64,000 nt of DNA, taken from sequence record PQ898399.1; one strand, 5' to 3'. Position numbers and translations under genes: made by a program. Shown here in pieces: positions 7,615 to 17,611 of the stretch (positions are counted from its first letter, which is position 1; each line of letters starts with the position of its first letter). A model generated the notes under the pieces. That model ran no database searches. It worked only from the letters and a program-made list of their open reading frames with translations, and had not been told where the DNA came from.

Positions 7615-7783
7615 TGTAAGAGGGTTAACGAAGGACCTTCTGGAATACGCAAGAACATTAGCCATATGTATATACAGAATTGGTCCTTCAAGTCAGCCTG
7701 GGTTCATAGAGATAACTCTAAGTGGCCCAGCTAACAGTATCACAACCTTTGAGAAAATGTTATGCAAGTCAAATATGATATGA
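7601..7783 (+). CDS. Hypothetical protein, 60 aa
   Basis: ATG 7601 overlapping the previous stop; coupled to the next ORF. Confidence 0.6.
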   Translation: MKQFNVRGLTKDLLEYARTLAICIYRIGPSSQPGFIEITLSGPANSITTFEKMLCKSNMI

Positions 7784-7938
7784 AAGGTCTTGATGTTTTA
7801 AAACGCTTAAATCAAGGCGGTATTAAAGTAGGAGAGTTAACTACTCTATTAAGTGGAGTTGGACAACCATCACTGCCGGGTAAATCTTGTATCGCGGCTT
7901 ACATGATTGCTAAAATGAAGGCTAAAAATGTCAAATAA
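7780..7938 (+). CDS. Hypothetical 52-aa protein resembling the Walker A segment of DnaB/Gp41 helicases (absent from the ORF track)
   Basis: MKGLDVLKRLNQGGIKVGELTTLLSGVGQPSLPGKSCIAAYMIAKMKAKNVK; ATGA coupling; fills the gap before 30.2. Confidence 0.65.
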   Translation: MKGLDVLKRLNQGGIKVGELTTLLSGVGQPSLPGKSCIAAYMIAKMKAKNVK

Positions 7939-8791
7939 ACCAATTATCTCTACTGATGTAGACGGTGTATTAGTAAAGTGGCAATCAGGCTTGCCTTACT
8001 TCGCTCAGAAGTACAATCTGCCTGTTCACCACATTCTTGAAATGATTATTGATGACCAATTCGTTGCGCCAAAAGATCTGTTTGGTGTAGACGAAGAATT
8101 TGCTCAACAGCTGATGGTCAAATATAATTGCTCAGATTTCATTCGCTATCTGGCTGCATACGACGATGCTCTGAAAGTTGTCAATGCTCTGAAAGATAAG
8201 TATGACTTCGTTGCGGTTACTGCGCTTGGTACTTCTGTTGATGCTAAACTGAATCGTCAATTCAACTTGAATGCTTTGTTCCCAGGTGCTTTCCTTGAAA
8301 CTTTCATCTGCGACCACGCTGAGCCAAAAACCAAACTCTTTGAGAAAATCAAAGAGAAGTATGGTGACCGAGTTGTTGCTTATATTGATGACCTTCCTCA
8401 TCACGTAGATTCAGCTTATGAAGTCTTTGGCGGTGAAGTCAATTGCATGTTTATGCCTCGTGGTCAGCGAGACACCTCCTCTAAATATGGAGAAAAGGTG
8501 CATAACTGGGAACATGTTCAACGTCTGATGAACCAGCGCGAATTCCAGGAAAGTCTTGGTGATAAGCTGAGCGACTTATTCAAAAAGGTTGAAAAGACTA
8601 CTCCTAATTGGCCATTTGATAAGTTTCCAGAATTTCCAAAGAAATGGGTAAATCCAGGTCCTTCTGATTATAAGCCATGGTATGAGCATCCAGGAAATCT
8701 TCCTGTGCATCGTCCAAACTTTGGAATCGGGACAGGTATCGAATATCTGAATCGTCAGCCTACAGCTAAAACTACTATAGGTAAAGCATGA
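7928..8791 (+). CDS. 30.2: Gp30.2, HAD-superfamily protein
   Basis: TDVDGV, WQSGLPYFAQKYNLP, NRQFNLNALFPGAF, YIDD as in T4 30.2. Confidence 0.92.
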   Translation: MSNKPIISTDVDGVLVKWQSGLPYFAQKYNLPVHHILEMIIDDQFVAPKDLFGVDEEFAQQLMVKYNCSDFIRYLAAYDDALKVVNALKDKYDFVAVTALGTSVDAKLNRQFNLNALFPGAFLETFICDHAEPKTKLFEKIKEKYGDRVVAYIDDLPHHVDSAYEVFGGEVNCMFMPRGQRDTSSKYGEKVHNWEHVQRLMNQREFQESLGDKLSDLFKKVEKTTPNWPFDKFPEFPKKWVNPGPSDYKPWYEHPGNLPVHRPNFGIGTGIEYLNRQPTAKTTIGKA

Positions 8792-9018
8792 TTAACGTAA
8801 TTGAATGGTTCCCGCAAACAGACACAACCAAGCGTATTGAAAGTTTCGCAAACAAAGAAGAGTTCTTCGAGGCGCGTAACATTCACGCTGATAATCAAAA
8901 GCAACGCGAAATGATTGATGCAATGTTCAACGGTGCAATCTACATTACTCGTAAAAATGGTGGAATACTTTACCACCGAACTTTGGCTGAACTCATTCGT
9001 GAGTATCGCGGTCAATAG
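8788..9018 (+). CDS. 30.1: Gp30.1-like protein
   Basis: YHRTLAEL motif; located between 30.2 and 30. Confidence 0.6.
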   Translation: MINVIEWFPQTDTTKRIESFANKEEFFEARNIHADNQKQREMIDAMFNGAIYITRKNGGILYHRTLAELIREYRGQ

Positions 9019-9051
9019 CTTTACAAAGGGTATGATATAATTGTCATACCC
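9015..9051 (+). promoter_or_regulatory. Probable middle promoter for gene 30
   Basis: MotA-like ATAGCTTTA 9015-9023, 12 nt, TATAAT 9036-9041; 8-bp inverted repeat around the -10. Confidence 0.65.
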
Positions 9052-9076
9052 GCTCGGGACAATAAACGAGGTGAAT

Positions 9077-10522
9077 ATGATTTTAGATATTATCAATGAA
9101 ATTGCTTCAATTGGCTCTACAAAGGAAAAAGAAGCTATCATTCGTCGTCATAAAGATAATGAGCTTTTGAAGCGAGTATTCAGAATGACTTATGATGGTA
9201 AGCTTCAGTATTACATCAAGAAGTGGGATACGAGACCTAAAGGTGATATTCATCTTACTCTTGAAGACATGCTTTATTTGCTAGAAGAAAAATTAGCTAA
9301 GCGAGTTGTGACCGGTAATGCTGCAAAGGAAAAACTTGAAATTGCTTTATCTCAAACATCTGATGCGGATGCAGAAGTTATTAAGAAAGTTCTGCTTCGT
9401 GATTTGCGCTGTGGCGCATCCCGTAGTATTGCGAATAAAGTATGGAAAAATCTAATTCCTGAACAACCTCAAATGCTTGCTTCATCTTACGATGAAAAAG
9501 GCATTAAAAAGAACATTAAGTTCCCTGCATTTGCGCAGCTGAAGGCTGATGGCGCACGAGCATTTGCTGAAATCCGTGGTGATGAATTAGACGATGTAAA
9601 AATTCTGTCTCGTGCTGGTAACGAGTATCTTGGTTTAGATTTGCTGAAACAACAGCTCATCGAAATGACTAAAGAAGCTCGTGAACGCCATCCTGGCGGT
9701 GTAATGATTGACGGTGAACTCGTTTATCATGCTATCGTTGAACCTGCTGGTCCGTTGGACGATATCTTTGGCGATTTACCTGAGTTAAGTGAAGCTAAGG
9801 AATTCAAAGAAGAATCCCGTACAATGTCAAACGGGTTGGCCAATAAATCTCTGAAAGGAACTATCTCAGCTAAAGAAGCTGCTGGTATGAAATTCCAGGT
9901 ATGGGATTACGTTCCGTTGGATGTTGTTTATTCCGAAGGTAAAGAATCTGGATTTGCGTATGATGTTCGCTTCCGTGCATTAGAACTGATGGTTAAAGGT
10001 TACTCTCAGATGATTCTGATTGAGAACCACATCGTTCATAATCTTGATGAAGCCAAGGTCATTTATCGCAAATATGTTGATGAAGGTCTTGAAGGTATTA
10101 TCCTGAAGAACATTGGTGCTTTCTGGGAAAACACTCGTTCTAAAAACCTTTATAAGTTCAAAGAAGTTATTACGATTGACCTTCGTATTGTTGATATCTA
10201 TGAGCACAGTAAACAACCAGGCAAAGCAGGCGGTTTTTATCTTGAATCAGAATGTGGTCTGATTAAAGTTAAAGCTGGTTCAGGTCTTAAAGACAAAATT
10301 TCAGATTGGCATGAGTTAGACCGAACTCGAATTTGGGAAAACAAGAATGACTACATTGGTGGTATTCTTGAATCCGAATGTAATGGCTGGTTAGCTGCTG
10401 AAGGTCGGACGGATTATGTCAAACTGTTCTTGCCTATTGCGATTAAAATGCGTCGTGATAAAGATGTAGCAAATACGTTCGCTGATATTTGGGGCGATTT
10501 CCATGAGGTTACTGGTCTATGA
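9077..10522 (+). CDS. 30: ATP-dependent DNA ligase
   Basis: MILDIINEIASIGS start; adenylation motif QLKADGAR; EGIILKN. Confidence 0.98.
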   Translation: MILDIINEIASIGSTKEKEAIIRRHKDNELLKRVFRMTYDGKLQYYIKKWDTRPKGDIHLTLEDMLYLLEEKLAKRVVTGNAAKEKLEIALSQTSDADAEVIKKVLLRDLRCGASRSIANKVWKNLIPEQPQMLASSYDEKGIKKNIKFPAFAQLKADGARAFAEIRGDELDDVKILSRAGNEYLGLDLLKQQLIEMTKEARERHPGGVMIDGELVYHAIVEPAGPLDDIFGDLPELSEAKEFKEESRTMSNGLANKSLKGTISAKEAAGMKFQVWDYVPLDVVYSEGKESGFAYDVRFRALELMVKGYSQMILIENHIVHNLDEAKVIYRKYVDEGLEGIILKNIGAFWENTRSKNLYKFKEVITIDLRIVDIYEHSKQPGKAGGFYLESECGLIKVKAGSGLKDKISDWHELDRTRIWENKNDYIGGILESECNGWLAAEGRTDYVKLFLPIAIKMRRDKDVANTFADIWGDFHEVTGL

Positions 10523-10737
10523 AATTCTATTTAGAGATTATCACAATTGCTCACCCAGGTGAAGGCTCAGGACGAGCCGCTAATGTAACACAGAGCTTGG
10601 TCGAATTACCATTCCGCCCGCAAGGTGAAGTAGAATCATTTACAGATGGTCGAGTTTCAGGAATCAACAAACACGAGGTCATTGCTACTCGTGGTGGCGG
10701 AAAAGTTGAAATCTTCAGGAATATTATTGCAGTCTAA
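10519..10737 (+). CDS. alt.1: Hypothetical protein at the alt.1 position
   Basis: ATGA overlap with 30; ANVTQS motif; synteny. Confidence 0.5.
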   Translation: MKFYLEIITIAHPGEGSGRAANVTQSLVELPFRPQGEVESFTDGRVSGINKHEVIATRGGGKVEIFRNIIAV

Positions 10738-10767
10738 GCCCTTCGGGGCTTTAATTGTCTATAAATA
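10736..10767 (+). promoter_or_regulatory. UUCG hairpin followed by the late promoter for alt
   Basis: AAGCCC-TTCG-GGGCTT 10736-10751; TATAAATA 10760-10767. Confidence 0.85.
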
Positions 10768-10790
10768 TAAGAAACAATAGAGGACTCATA

Positions 10791-12926
10791 ATGACCGAAT
10801 TTCAATTAAATGAGGTTTTTGACGCGGATTCAGAAATGCTTCCGGTCACTAATCTTTATCCGAAAACTAAAATTCCACAGATTTTTGCAATTGCTGCTCC
10901 AGAAGGTTCAGTAGCTCTTCGTATGTGTTCTTACACTGGCGGTGGTGACGTTAACAAGAACGTTAAACCTGGCGATAAAATGATGCATGCTATTGTGCTT
11001 GGTGTATCTGAAAAAGGTACCTTGGTTAAGCTGAAAAATCTTGGTGGTAATCCATTGGGTGTTATTTCTACCATGTTTGACTTAGTATCTCAAACTGTGA
11101 AGAAATACAAAATGGATGCAGTGATGTTCCGTATTGCTAAAAGCAAAATGGGTGGACAAGCTCGAGCAGTGCAGATGATTATCAACCGTTTGGTAATGAG
11201 TCGTCTGGGTGGTCGTTTTGTTATCCTGAAAGAACTCTATGATTACGATAAGAAGTACGTGTATGTTCTTATTCATCGTAAGAATGTTGACCTCTCAACC
11301 GTCCCTGGCATCCCAGAGATATCAACAGAAGAGTTCACCAAGGTTGATACTGATGTTGGCGATGTTTACATCAACAATAAGTCAGGTAAACAGGTTTCTA
11401 AATCAGAAGCGTTAGCAGCTACTATCGCTCAAGAGAACGACAAACGTACCGACCAATCTGTTATTGCCCGTGCTAAGGTATCTCGTCGTCAGGTAGCAGC
11501 AAGTCAATCTTTAACTTCTGACATTATTCATGACCCAGAAGAATTTGAAAAATACGAAGCTACTGCTGCTGAATTCAGTAAACCCGCAACGGCAAATCCT
11601 ATTCCGGAAGCTCAGCAATTGAAGGATGCGGTAGAATCTAAAGCGGCTAAAGCTCGTTCTGCTCAATTGGCGGCTACTGGTGCTATTTTCCATTTAAAAT
11701 CGTTAACCACGATTAAATTGAGCCAATCTGAAAAATTTGAACAGAGATTTGTAAAAGAGCTTGAATCAAGAATTGGTAACGCTCCATTAACTTCAGTCCA
11801 GAGTATGCAGGCGTATACTCAAACTCTTTTAGACTCTTTAGAAGAACGTAAACATGAAGCAATGGAACATATCATGACTAAAGTTCCACAATACCTTGAG
11901 CCAAAAGATAAAGAGCAAATGGCTAACAATCTTTGGAACATTGAACGTACCAAAATGATTAAAGCAGCTCTTCAAGGTTATGCTAAAAACGTTTCTGCTA
12001 CTATTGAAGATATTACTCGTACTCGTACGCCTCTTCAATATACAAATGCAGAAAAACGAGGCATTAAAGAGTATGTTGGTTCTGGTTATTCAGACATCAA
12101 CAATATGCTTTTAGGTCGTTATAGAGCTGACAATTACGATACACTGTCTTATAAAGAAGTTACTACTGCTATCAAAAATTTGGACGATGCATTTAAACGC
12201 GGTGACAGAATTCCAGAAGGACTTACCTTATGGCGTTCACAATCAGTTCGTAAACCAATTTTTGAAGCTATGGTTAAGAACAGAGTATTCTATTTCAGAA
12301 ACTATGTTTCAACATCTTTATCTCCAATTATCTTTGGTGGTTGGAAAGGTAACCAAGCGGTTGCAATGGCTTCTGATAATACTCGTGCAGTATTGAATCA
12401 GCCAGATAACAGCGCAGAAACTGTCAAGTTAGCTTCTATGACTTATGCTGAATTAGGTCTTACTGATGAGGTTCATGCAGCTAAAGATGTTCAGCAAGCT
12501 GAAAGCACAAGAGTCATGATTGGTTGGGCTATTACTGGCGGCGAGAAAGTCAACGTGGTTTATCCTGGCGACTTAAGTAATATGTCAGGTGAAATGGAAG
12601 TTATTCTGCCTCGTGGTACCATGCTGAAAGTCAACAACATTGTAGATGCTTCTTATAGTGATGGTCTCGTGCATGACAATCAGAAATTCATCCAAGGCGA
12701 AGTAATGACTGCTGACCAATTAGACGAAGCTGTTGTTTATGACGGCGATGTTCTGATGGAAACTGGTGAAGTGGTAGAATACAGTGACGAACCTCAGCCT
12801 GAATCAGGTCCATTTGATTTTGAAGGATTTGTGAAGTCCACAAAGACATCGGAAAGCAACAAGATTCTTGCTCTGTTGGCTTCAATGATTGATGTTGAAG
12901 ACACTCCAGAGAAGTTCGTTCTTTAA
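10791..12926 (+). CDS. alt: Alt NAD:protein ADP-ribosyltransferase (virion-packaged)
   Basis: LPVTNLYPKTKIPQIF; R-STS-ExE motifs (LWRSQ, VSTSLS, GEMEVILPRG) intact; QLNE prohead-protease-type site near the N-terminus. Confidence 0.96.
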   Translation: MTEFQLNEVFDADSEMLPVTNLYPKTKIPQIFAIAAPEGSVALRMCSYTGGGDVNKNVKPGDKMMHAIVLGVSEKGTLVKLKNLGGNPLGVISTMFDLVSQTVKKYKMDAVMFRIAKSKMGGQARAVQMIINRLVMSRLGGRFVILKELYDYDKKYVYVLIHRKNVDLSTVPGIPEISTEEFTKVDTDVGDVYINNKSGKQVSKSEALAATIAQENDKRTDQSVIARAKVSRRQVAASQSLTSDIIHDPEEFEKYEATAAEFSKPATANPIPEAQQLKDAVESKAAKARSAQLAATGAIFHLKSLTTIKLSQSEKFEQRFVKELESRIGNAPLTSVQSMQAYTQTLLDSLEERKHEAMEHIMTKVPQYLEPKDKEQMANNLWNIERTKMIKAALQGYAKNVSATIEDITRTRTPLQYTNAEKRGIKEYVGSGYSDINNMLLGRYRADNYDTLSYKEVTTAIKNLDDAFKRGDRIPEGLTLWRSQSVRKPIFEAMVKNRVFYFRNYVSTSLSPIIFGGWKGNQAVAMASDNTRAVLNQPDNSAETVKLASMTYAELGLTDEVHAAKDVQQAESTRVMIGWAITGGEKVNVVYPGDLSNMSGEMEVILPRGTMLKVNNIVDASYSDGLVHDNQKFIQGEVMTADQLDEAVVYDGDVLMETGEVVEYSDEPQPESGPFDFEGFVKSTKTSESNKILALLASMIDVEDTPEKFVL

Positions 12927-12928
12927 CC

Positions 12929-12958
12929 GTTTACACGCACATGGAAGTGTGTTACTAT
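12929..12958 (+). promoter_or_regulatory. T4-type early promoter
   Basis: GTTTAC 12929-12934, TACTAT 12953-12958. Confidence 0.8.
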
Positions 12959-12985
12959 AGACTTACACTAACTGAGGAGAACATC

Positions 12986-13276
12986 ATGAAATCGATTCTG
13001 CGTATGAATGGCCAAGAAACTGTAGTTGAAGGTGTAGTTCCAGTATCTGACGAATTCAACAACATGGTCTTTAACGAGATTCAAAAGATTGCTAAAGGAA
13101 TGGTTGAAATGGTTCCACTTGCACCGTTCGGAATTCCAGAAGACAAATGCGAAGGGTATATTGCTTATACTCTGAATGGTAAATTCGACGGTGAAGTTCC
13201 GTTTAAAATCACTGTAACTAACGTTGAGCAATCTTCGGAAGTTGTTATTAATGCTTTCGTGGTGTTCCGTAAATAA
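12986..13276 (+). CDS. alt.-3: Alt.-3-like protein, 96 aa
   Basis: MKSILR..GEVPFKI; GAGGAG SD; synteny. Confidence 0.7.
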   Translation: MKSILRMNGQETVVEGVVPVSDEFNNMVFNEIQKIAKGMVEMVPLAPFGIPEDKCEGYIAYTLNGKFDGEVPFKITVTNVEQSSEVVINAFVVFRK

Positions 13277-13279
13277 AAC

Positions 13280-13306
13280 AAAGGGAGCCTTTCGGCTCCC
13301 TTTTTT
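13280..13306. terminator. Probable bidirectional terminator between convergent alt.-3 and 54
   Basis: AAAGGGAGCC-TTTC-GGCTCCCTTT with flanking A and T tracts. Confidence 0.88.
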
Positions 13307-14268
13307 CATAATCCAAGTATCTTGGAAGTACTATTCCACATTCCAGTCTTACGCCCTATTGCATTACCCATCTGAGTAACACCCCCAGCAGCGCCTCCTA
13401 ATCTACTTAGTCTTGACACCGATGGGTCCAGACTCATGTCATCAGAAATATTTCCAATAGAATGAACAAGCCTATCTTCAACCCAATCAGCGGCTGCTTG
13501 ACGGCCAACAGCACCTACCTGCATAACACGATAAGCAAACTGAACATCAAATACAGCAATTTGGTTGTCGCCATCCCAAGTAAATTCAGGTGAACCACAT
13601 GAAACTGGAACACACCCAGTAAACATACACACAGTATGAGGTAATCCATTACGTGCATGTAAGTTAACTTGAATATCAGCTTCAACATCGATAGGAAGAG
13701 CTCTTAATCCAGTGACTGGGTCTTGTACAGAGTTAACCCAGTCTTGCATTGCTCTCCAGTTGCTTGCTTCAGAATCCATTCGGAAACTTAATGTAAGTGG
13801 TTCCAATTCTCTTCCGGTGATACGAATATTCGGAGAGTTATGAAGCCAGTCTGTTTCGTGTGACAGTCTGTTATCAGGAATTTTAGCTGAATAAATCATC
13901 AATCCTGATGTTGGGAAAGCCATATTGAAGAAGTCAAGTAAGTAAGTACCAACTTCAAATTCTCCCAATAAAGATTGAACAACACGGTTTGTCATCGCGC
14001 CGATAAGGTACTTAGATACGCCCGATTTACGAACTAGTTCTTGGGTACCTGCAGTGATAATTGATGTAATTCCTTGTGTAAATTCGCCTTGAGATAATCC
14101 AAGCCAGTCTCCTGAGACTGGCAAGTTATTATAAAGCATTCCACCGAATTGGTCCAACAATAATTGAGACTTTGCAGATGGAGTCGTTGCGAATACACAA
14201 CTAAACATATTTGTACGTTGAAAATCAACGTTCATTACTTGGTTGTTGAATTCATCTAAATTAAGCAT
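13306..14268 (-). CDS. 54: Baseplate-tail tube initiator
   Basis: DFQRTNMFSCVFAT motif; 320 aa; synteny. Confidence 0.95.
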   Translation of the reverse strand: MLNLDEFNNQVMNVDFQRTNMFSCVFATTPSAKSQLLLDQFGGMLYNNLPVSGDWLGLSQGEFTQGITSIITAGTQELVRKSGVSKYLIGAMTNRVVQSLLGEFEVGTYLLDFFNMAFPTSGLMIYSAKIPDNRLSHETDWLHNSPNIRITGRELEPLTLSFRMDSEASNWRAMQDWVNSVQDPVTGLRALPIDVEADIQVNLHARNGLPHTVCMFTGCVPVSCGSPEFTWDGDNQIAVFDVQFAYRVMQVGAVGRQAAADWVEDRLVHSIGNISDDMSLDPSVSRLSRLGGAAGGVTQMGNAIGRKTGMWNSTSKILGL

Positions 14269-15317
14269 TAGAAACCTTCTGCATAAAGTGATGCTCTGCT
14301 TAATGTCAAGATTTCACGGAAAGTAACTTCCAGAGTAAAAGTGCTTGGCATATTAGGAGCAATTGCTAAACCATTGAATTGACCATTCGGAGTTTTATCA
14401 AAGCGAATACTCTGAATCTGACATGGACCAAACAACTCGGTTCTTCCATCAAATTTAGATGTCTTACCAAAGTTTCTGATGAACCATACCGTTGGGTTAG
14501 TTACAACAATAACGTTACTTAAGAATGAAGTGATATTTTCAAACATCGTGTTGTTCAAATCAGCTCCATCTGGAGTTAATGGAGACAGCAGAGTTGTTTT
14601 GTACCACTCATCCAATTGGCCTTTTAATTCTTTAGCGTAACTTGAATTGCCAGTTTCGCCATAGCTGAAATAATTAAAGCACTCGTATATCTGAATAATT
14701 GAAACTAAATCAGCTACTGAACGAGGAGTCAAATCCCAAGTGAATACTTTTGTTCTGTTATCTGCTCCCGCATACATGCTTCGCGCAGTATTATAGATTT
14801 GCTCGTTATTGTCGGCCATCAGACCTTGAGTGACTGAATCTAATGCACCAAATACTGCTGTGGATGCAACGTTACTCAATACTCCAGTAGCTGAATTATT
14901 TCCACGAGTAATTAATGATTCACCAACGTCATTGAACTTGTGAGAAGTTGATTCAACGTCAGATTTAGAACGTGGAAGTAAAATATTCGCAATCGGAGAT
15001 TTATCAACTTGGCCGTTATTTTTAATTCCGAGGCTATTAAGAATAGAACTCGCTGATTTACTCAATTGGGATTGACGCATATTACGAAGGTCCGGAGATG
15101 TTCTTGAACTCATATCATATGCGGTAAAAAGCAATCCATTTTTATAAAGGTCATGAACACGAAGGTCTCCTGCAGCATCGTTACCGGCGGCACGTTGTGC
15201 CGGGTATTGAGCTACTATAGTACTTCTTCGAGTTGACGAAATAGAACTTTGACCGGCAGAGGTCTTTTCTCCACTGCCGAAATCTTTATCTAGAATTTCT
15301 GTAGCTCTTATAGCCAT
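14268..15317 (-). CDS. 48: Baseplate tail tube cap
   Basis: AQYPAQRAAGND, ANILLPRSKSD, FREILTL motifs. Confidence 0.95.
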   Translation of the reverse strand: MAIRATEILDKDFGSGEKTSAGQSSISSTRRSTIVAQYPAQRAAGNDAAGDLRVHDLYKNGLLFTAYDMSSRTSPDLRNMRQSQLSKSASSILNSLGIKNNGQVDKSPIANILLPRSKSDVESTSHKFNDVGESLITRGNNSATGVLSNVASTAVFGALDSVTQGLMADNNEQIYNTARSMYAGADNRTKVFTWDLTPRSVADLVSIIQIYECFNYFSYGETGNSSYAKELKGQLDEWYKTTLLSPLTPDGADLNNTMFENITSFLSNVIVVTNPTVWFIRNFGKTSKFDGRTELFGPCQIQSIRFDKTPNGQFNGLAIAPNMPSTFTLEVTFREILTLSRASLYAEGF

Positions 15318-15326
15318 GATTATTCC

Positions 15327-17087
15327 TTAGTTAACACCAGTTGCACCAAATACGCCTGGAGCATTAGTGCTCGTTACAGGACTAACAGTATTTATAGTTC
15401 TACTGTTGTTAATGACGTTATTTGTATTGAACAAGTTAGCCGCAGCAGCTCCAGCACTAGTACCTAATGAAGCCTCTTTAGCCGCTTTATTCTTCTCAAT
15501 GCTTTCGACTTTTTTAACATCCTCAGATTGAGACGATGGAGCAGGCTGAGGTTCTTTACCTTTGAGCTTATCATACTTAGCAGTAACAATATTCATACGA
15601 GCACTTAATTCTTTTTTAGTTACAGGAGAATTATTCAGGTCAGTGTCGTTTAACTGCGTTTGAAGATTAGCATACGCTTTGTCAGCTGATTCAACTGAAC
15701 GTTTATCGTCAGGGTTGATTTGTTCCATGTATTTTTCAAATCTAACGATAGCAGCACGAGCTTCATTCCCTTTCTTCAGAACTTGTTCCCTTTCTTCGGG
15801 TTTCATCTGACGAAGTTTTTCATTCTGGGATTCTCTTTCTTCATCTGTAACAAAATCAGAAATGTTAGCATCTCCAGTTATTTTGTTAACAATCCAAGTT
15901 TTGCCTTGAGATACTTTATCGAAGAAGTTTTCGCCTTTTTCAATCTTAGATGATTGATACTTAGCTAATGTGTCTTGGTCTTCTTTAGAAAGAGAGTTAC
16001 CCGTTCTTTCTTGGAAACCTTCCAACGCAGCTCCTTCAACAGATAATGCAGCATCTCCTAAACCAGGAATAAGTGAAAGAATAGCAGCAGCCACTTTTGA
16101 CATTCCCAAAGAAATGAGTTCGCCGAGGTTGTAAATGATTTCAGTTACGCCTTTTACAATAGCCACAGTTAATCCAGACCAATCTCCAGCTTCCCAGAAC
16201 TTCTGAATATTTTCAAGTGTTCCAAATATAGATGATAATGTGCTTCCCCACGCTCCAGCTTCTTCGGAGAACTTATCAAAATCAGAAGTGAATTTATCTG
16301 ACCAATACTTGAAGTGCTTCATTATAACATCTATACCGAGCACGATAGAGAACAGCAGTGCAGCTGTTTTAGCAGCTTCAATCACAGCAGTTACAGTGTA
16401 CTTGAAAAGCATTCCAGCTATTCTGTCCGTAATGCTCATTGAAGCTTTGAATCCGCTTTTTGTCGCTTTAAGCAGATTGCTCAGAGTGTCAGAGTCTTTC
16501 TTCTTACGTTCCTCATCAGCTCCCTTTTTAGAATCACTCTCTGGGTTCTCTGGAACGGTAGGGAAGAACGCATCATTAGGGTTATTGGTATTATTGACCG
16601 GGTCCGGAATTAACTCCTGAAGTAATTCTGGTAACCCTGGTGTCACTATATCAACAGGTACTGCATCTTCAACTACAGACAGTGATGTATCTGGAACAGA
16701 TATCTGTGGAAGATTTGGAGTAATAGCTGAAAGACGCTCATTTAAAAGTTCTGTTAGCTTACTGAGCTTATCTGAAATCTTGTTTGATACTTCAGTCTGC
16801 TGCTTAACAGCTTCTGTAGTTCTTTCAGATGCTTCGGCGGTTAATTCAGCTCCGGCTGTAGTATCAATTATGCTTTGGTCAACGCGATTCAAGGCATCAA
16901 TAACTTGATTACCTTTATCCTCAATTACTTCAGACGTAAGCTCAGCTTGAGTTTGTAAATCATCAAGCTGAGAAGAAAGAACTGATAAAGATTCGGCTTG
17001 AGTTGATGCAGCTTTCGCTGCATCTCTTTCACTACGACCCTCTTCAATAACCTTCCGACGCATCGTCTTCATGTTTTCGGTTTTCAT
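15327..17087 (-). CDS. 29: Baseplate hub subunit / tape measure protein
   Basis: 586 aa; C-terminal SPVTSTNAPGVFGATGVN; synteny. Confidence 0.93.
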   Translation of the reverse strand: MKTENMKTMRRKVIEEGRSERDAAKAASTQAESLSVLSSQLDDLQTQAELTSEVIEDKGNQVIDALNRVDQSIIDTTAGAELTAEASERTTEAVKQQTEVSNKISDKLSKLTELLNERLSAITPNLPQISVPDTSLSVVEDAVPVDIVTPGLPELLQELIPDPVNNTNNPNDAFFPTVPENPESDSKKGADEERKKKDSDTLSNLLKATKSGFKASMSITDRIAGMLFKYTVTAVIEAAKTAALLFSIVLGIDVIMKHFKYWSDKFTSDFDKFSEEAGAWGSTLSSIFGTLENIQKFWEAGDWSGLTVAIVKGVTEIIYNLGELISLGMSKVAAAILSLIPGLGDAALSVEGAALEGFQERTGNSLSKEDQDTLAKYQSSKIEKGENFFDKVSQGKTWIVNKITGDANISDFVTDEERESQNEKLRQMKPEEREQVLKKGNEARAAIVRFEKYMEQINPDDKRSVESADKAYANLQTQLNDTDLNNSPVTKKELSARMNIVTAKYDKLKGKEPQPAPSSQSEDVKKVESIEKNKAAKEASLGTSAGAAAANLFNTNNVINNSRTINTVSPVTSTNAPGVFGATGVN

Positions 17088-17611
17088 TCAAAAATTCCTA
17101 TGATTTTGGCAACTCCTCTGATGTCGCCATTAGGGCCGCTTACTGCTACGGTACTTGAAATGTCGTCTGCCCATTTAGTTACAAATGCTGGCATCTTCAT
17201 GAAGTCGACATCTTCTTTTTTACCGTCTACCGTTTCAAGGCATTTTGAAAGCATCTTATCAACACCGCCAAATCCTTCAAACTGCTTAGGAGCTCTGAAT
17301 TTGAAAGTATGACCAGCGAATTGAAATTCTAATCGTTGAACAATTCTTAAAGTTGAAAGGTCATATTCAAAATCATCTTTGACTACCTTACTTTTAATCT
17401 TACCGTTGAACTCAAGTAAATGAATTGAAACGTAATCGATTTCGGCTGGTGTTAAACCTGGATGAATTGAATTAATCAGCAGCGATAAATTCTCTTCCGG
17501 AGATTTAACTTCTTTCAGCATGTTGTGATGCTTCAATCCAAGCTTAGGAATTTTTATTTCCTTCTGGTTCACTTGAATTGTTTTCATTGGAAGTATTAGG
17601 TTTAAATTCAT
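17084..17611 (-). CDS. 28: Baseplate hub distal subunit
   Basis: [10 protein letters not shown] motif. Confidence 0.9.
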   Translation of the reverse strand: MNLNLILPMKTIQVNQKEIKIPKLGLKHHNMLKEVKSPEENLSLLINSIHPGLTPAEIDYVSIHLLEFNGKIKSKVVKDDFEYDLSTLRIVQRLEFQFAGHTFKFRAPKQFEGFGGVDKMLSKCLETVDGKKEDVDFMKMPAFVTKWADDISSTVAVSGPNGDIRGVAKIIGIFE

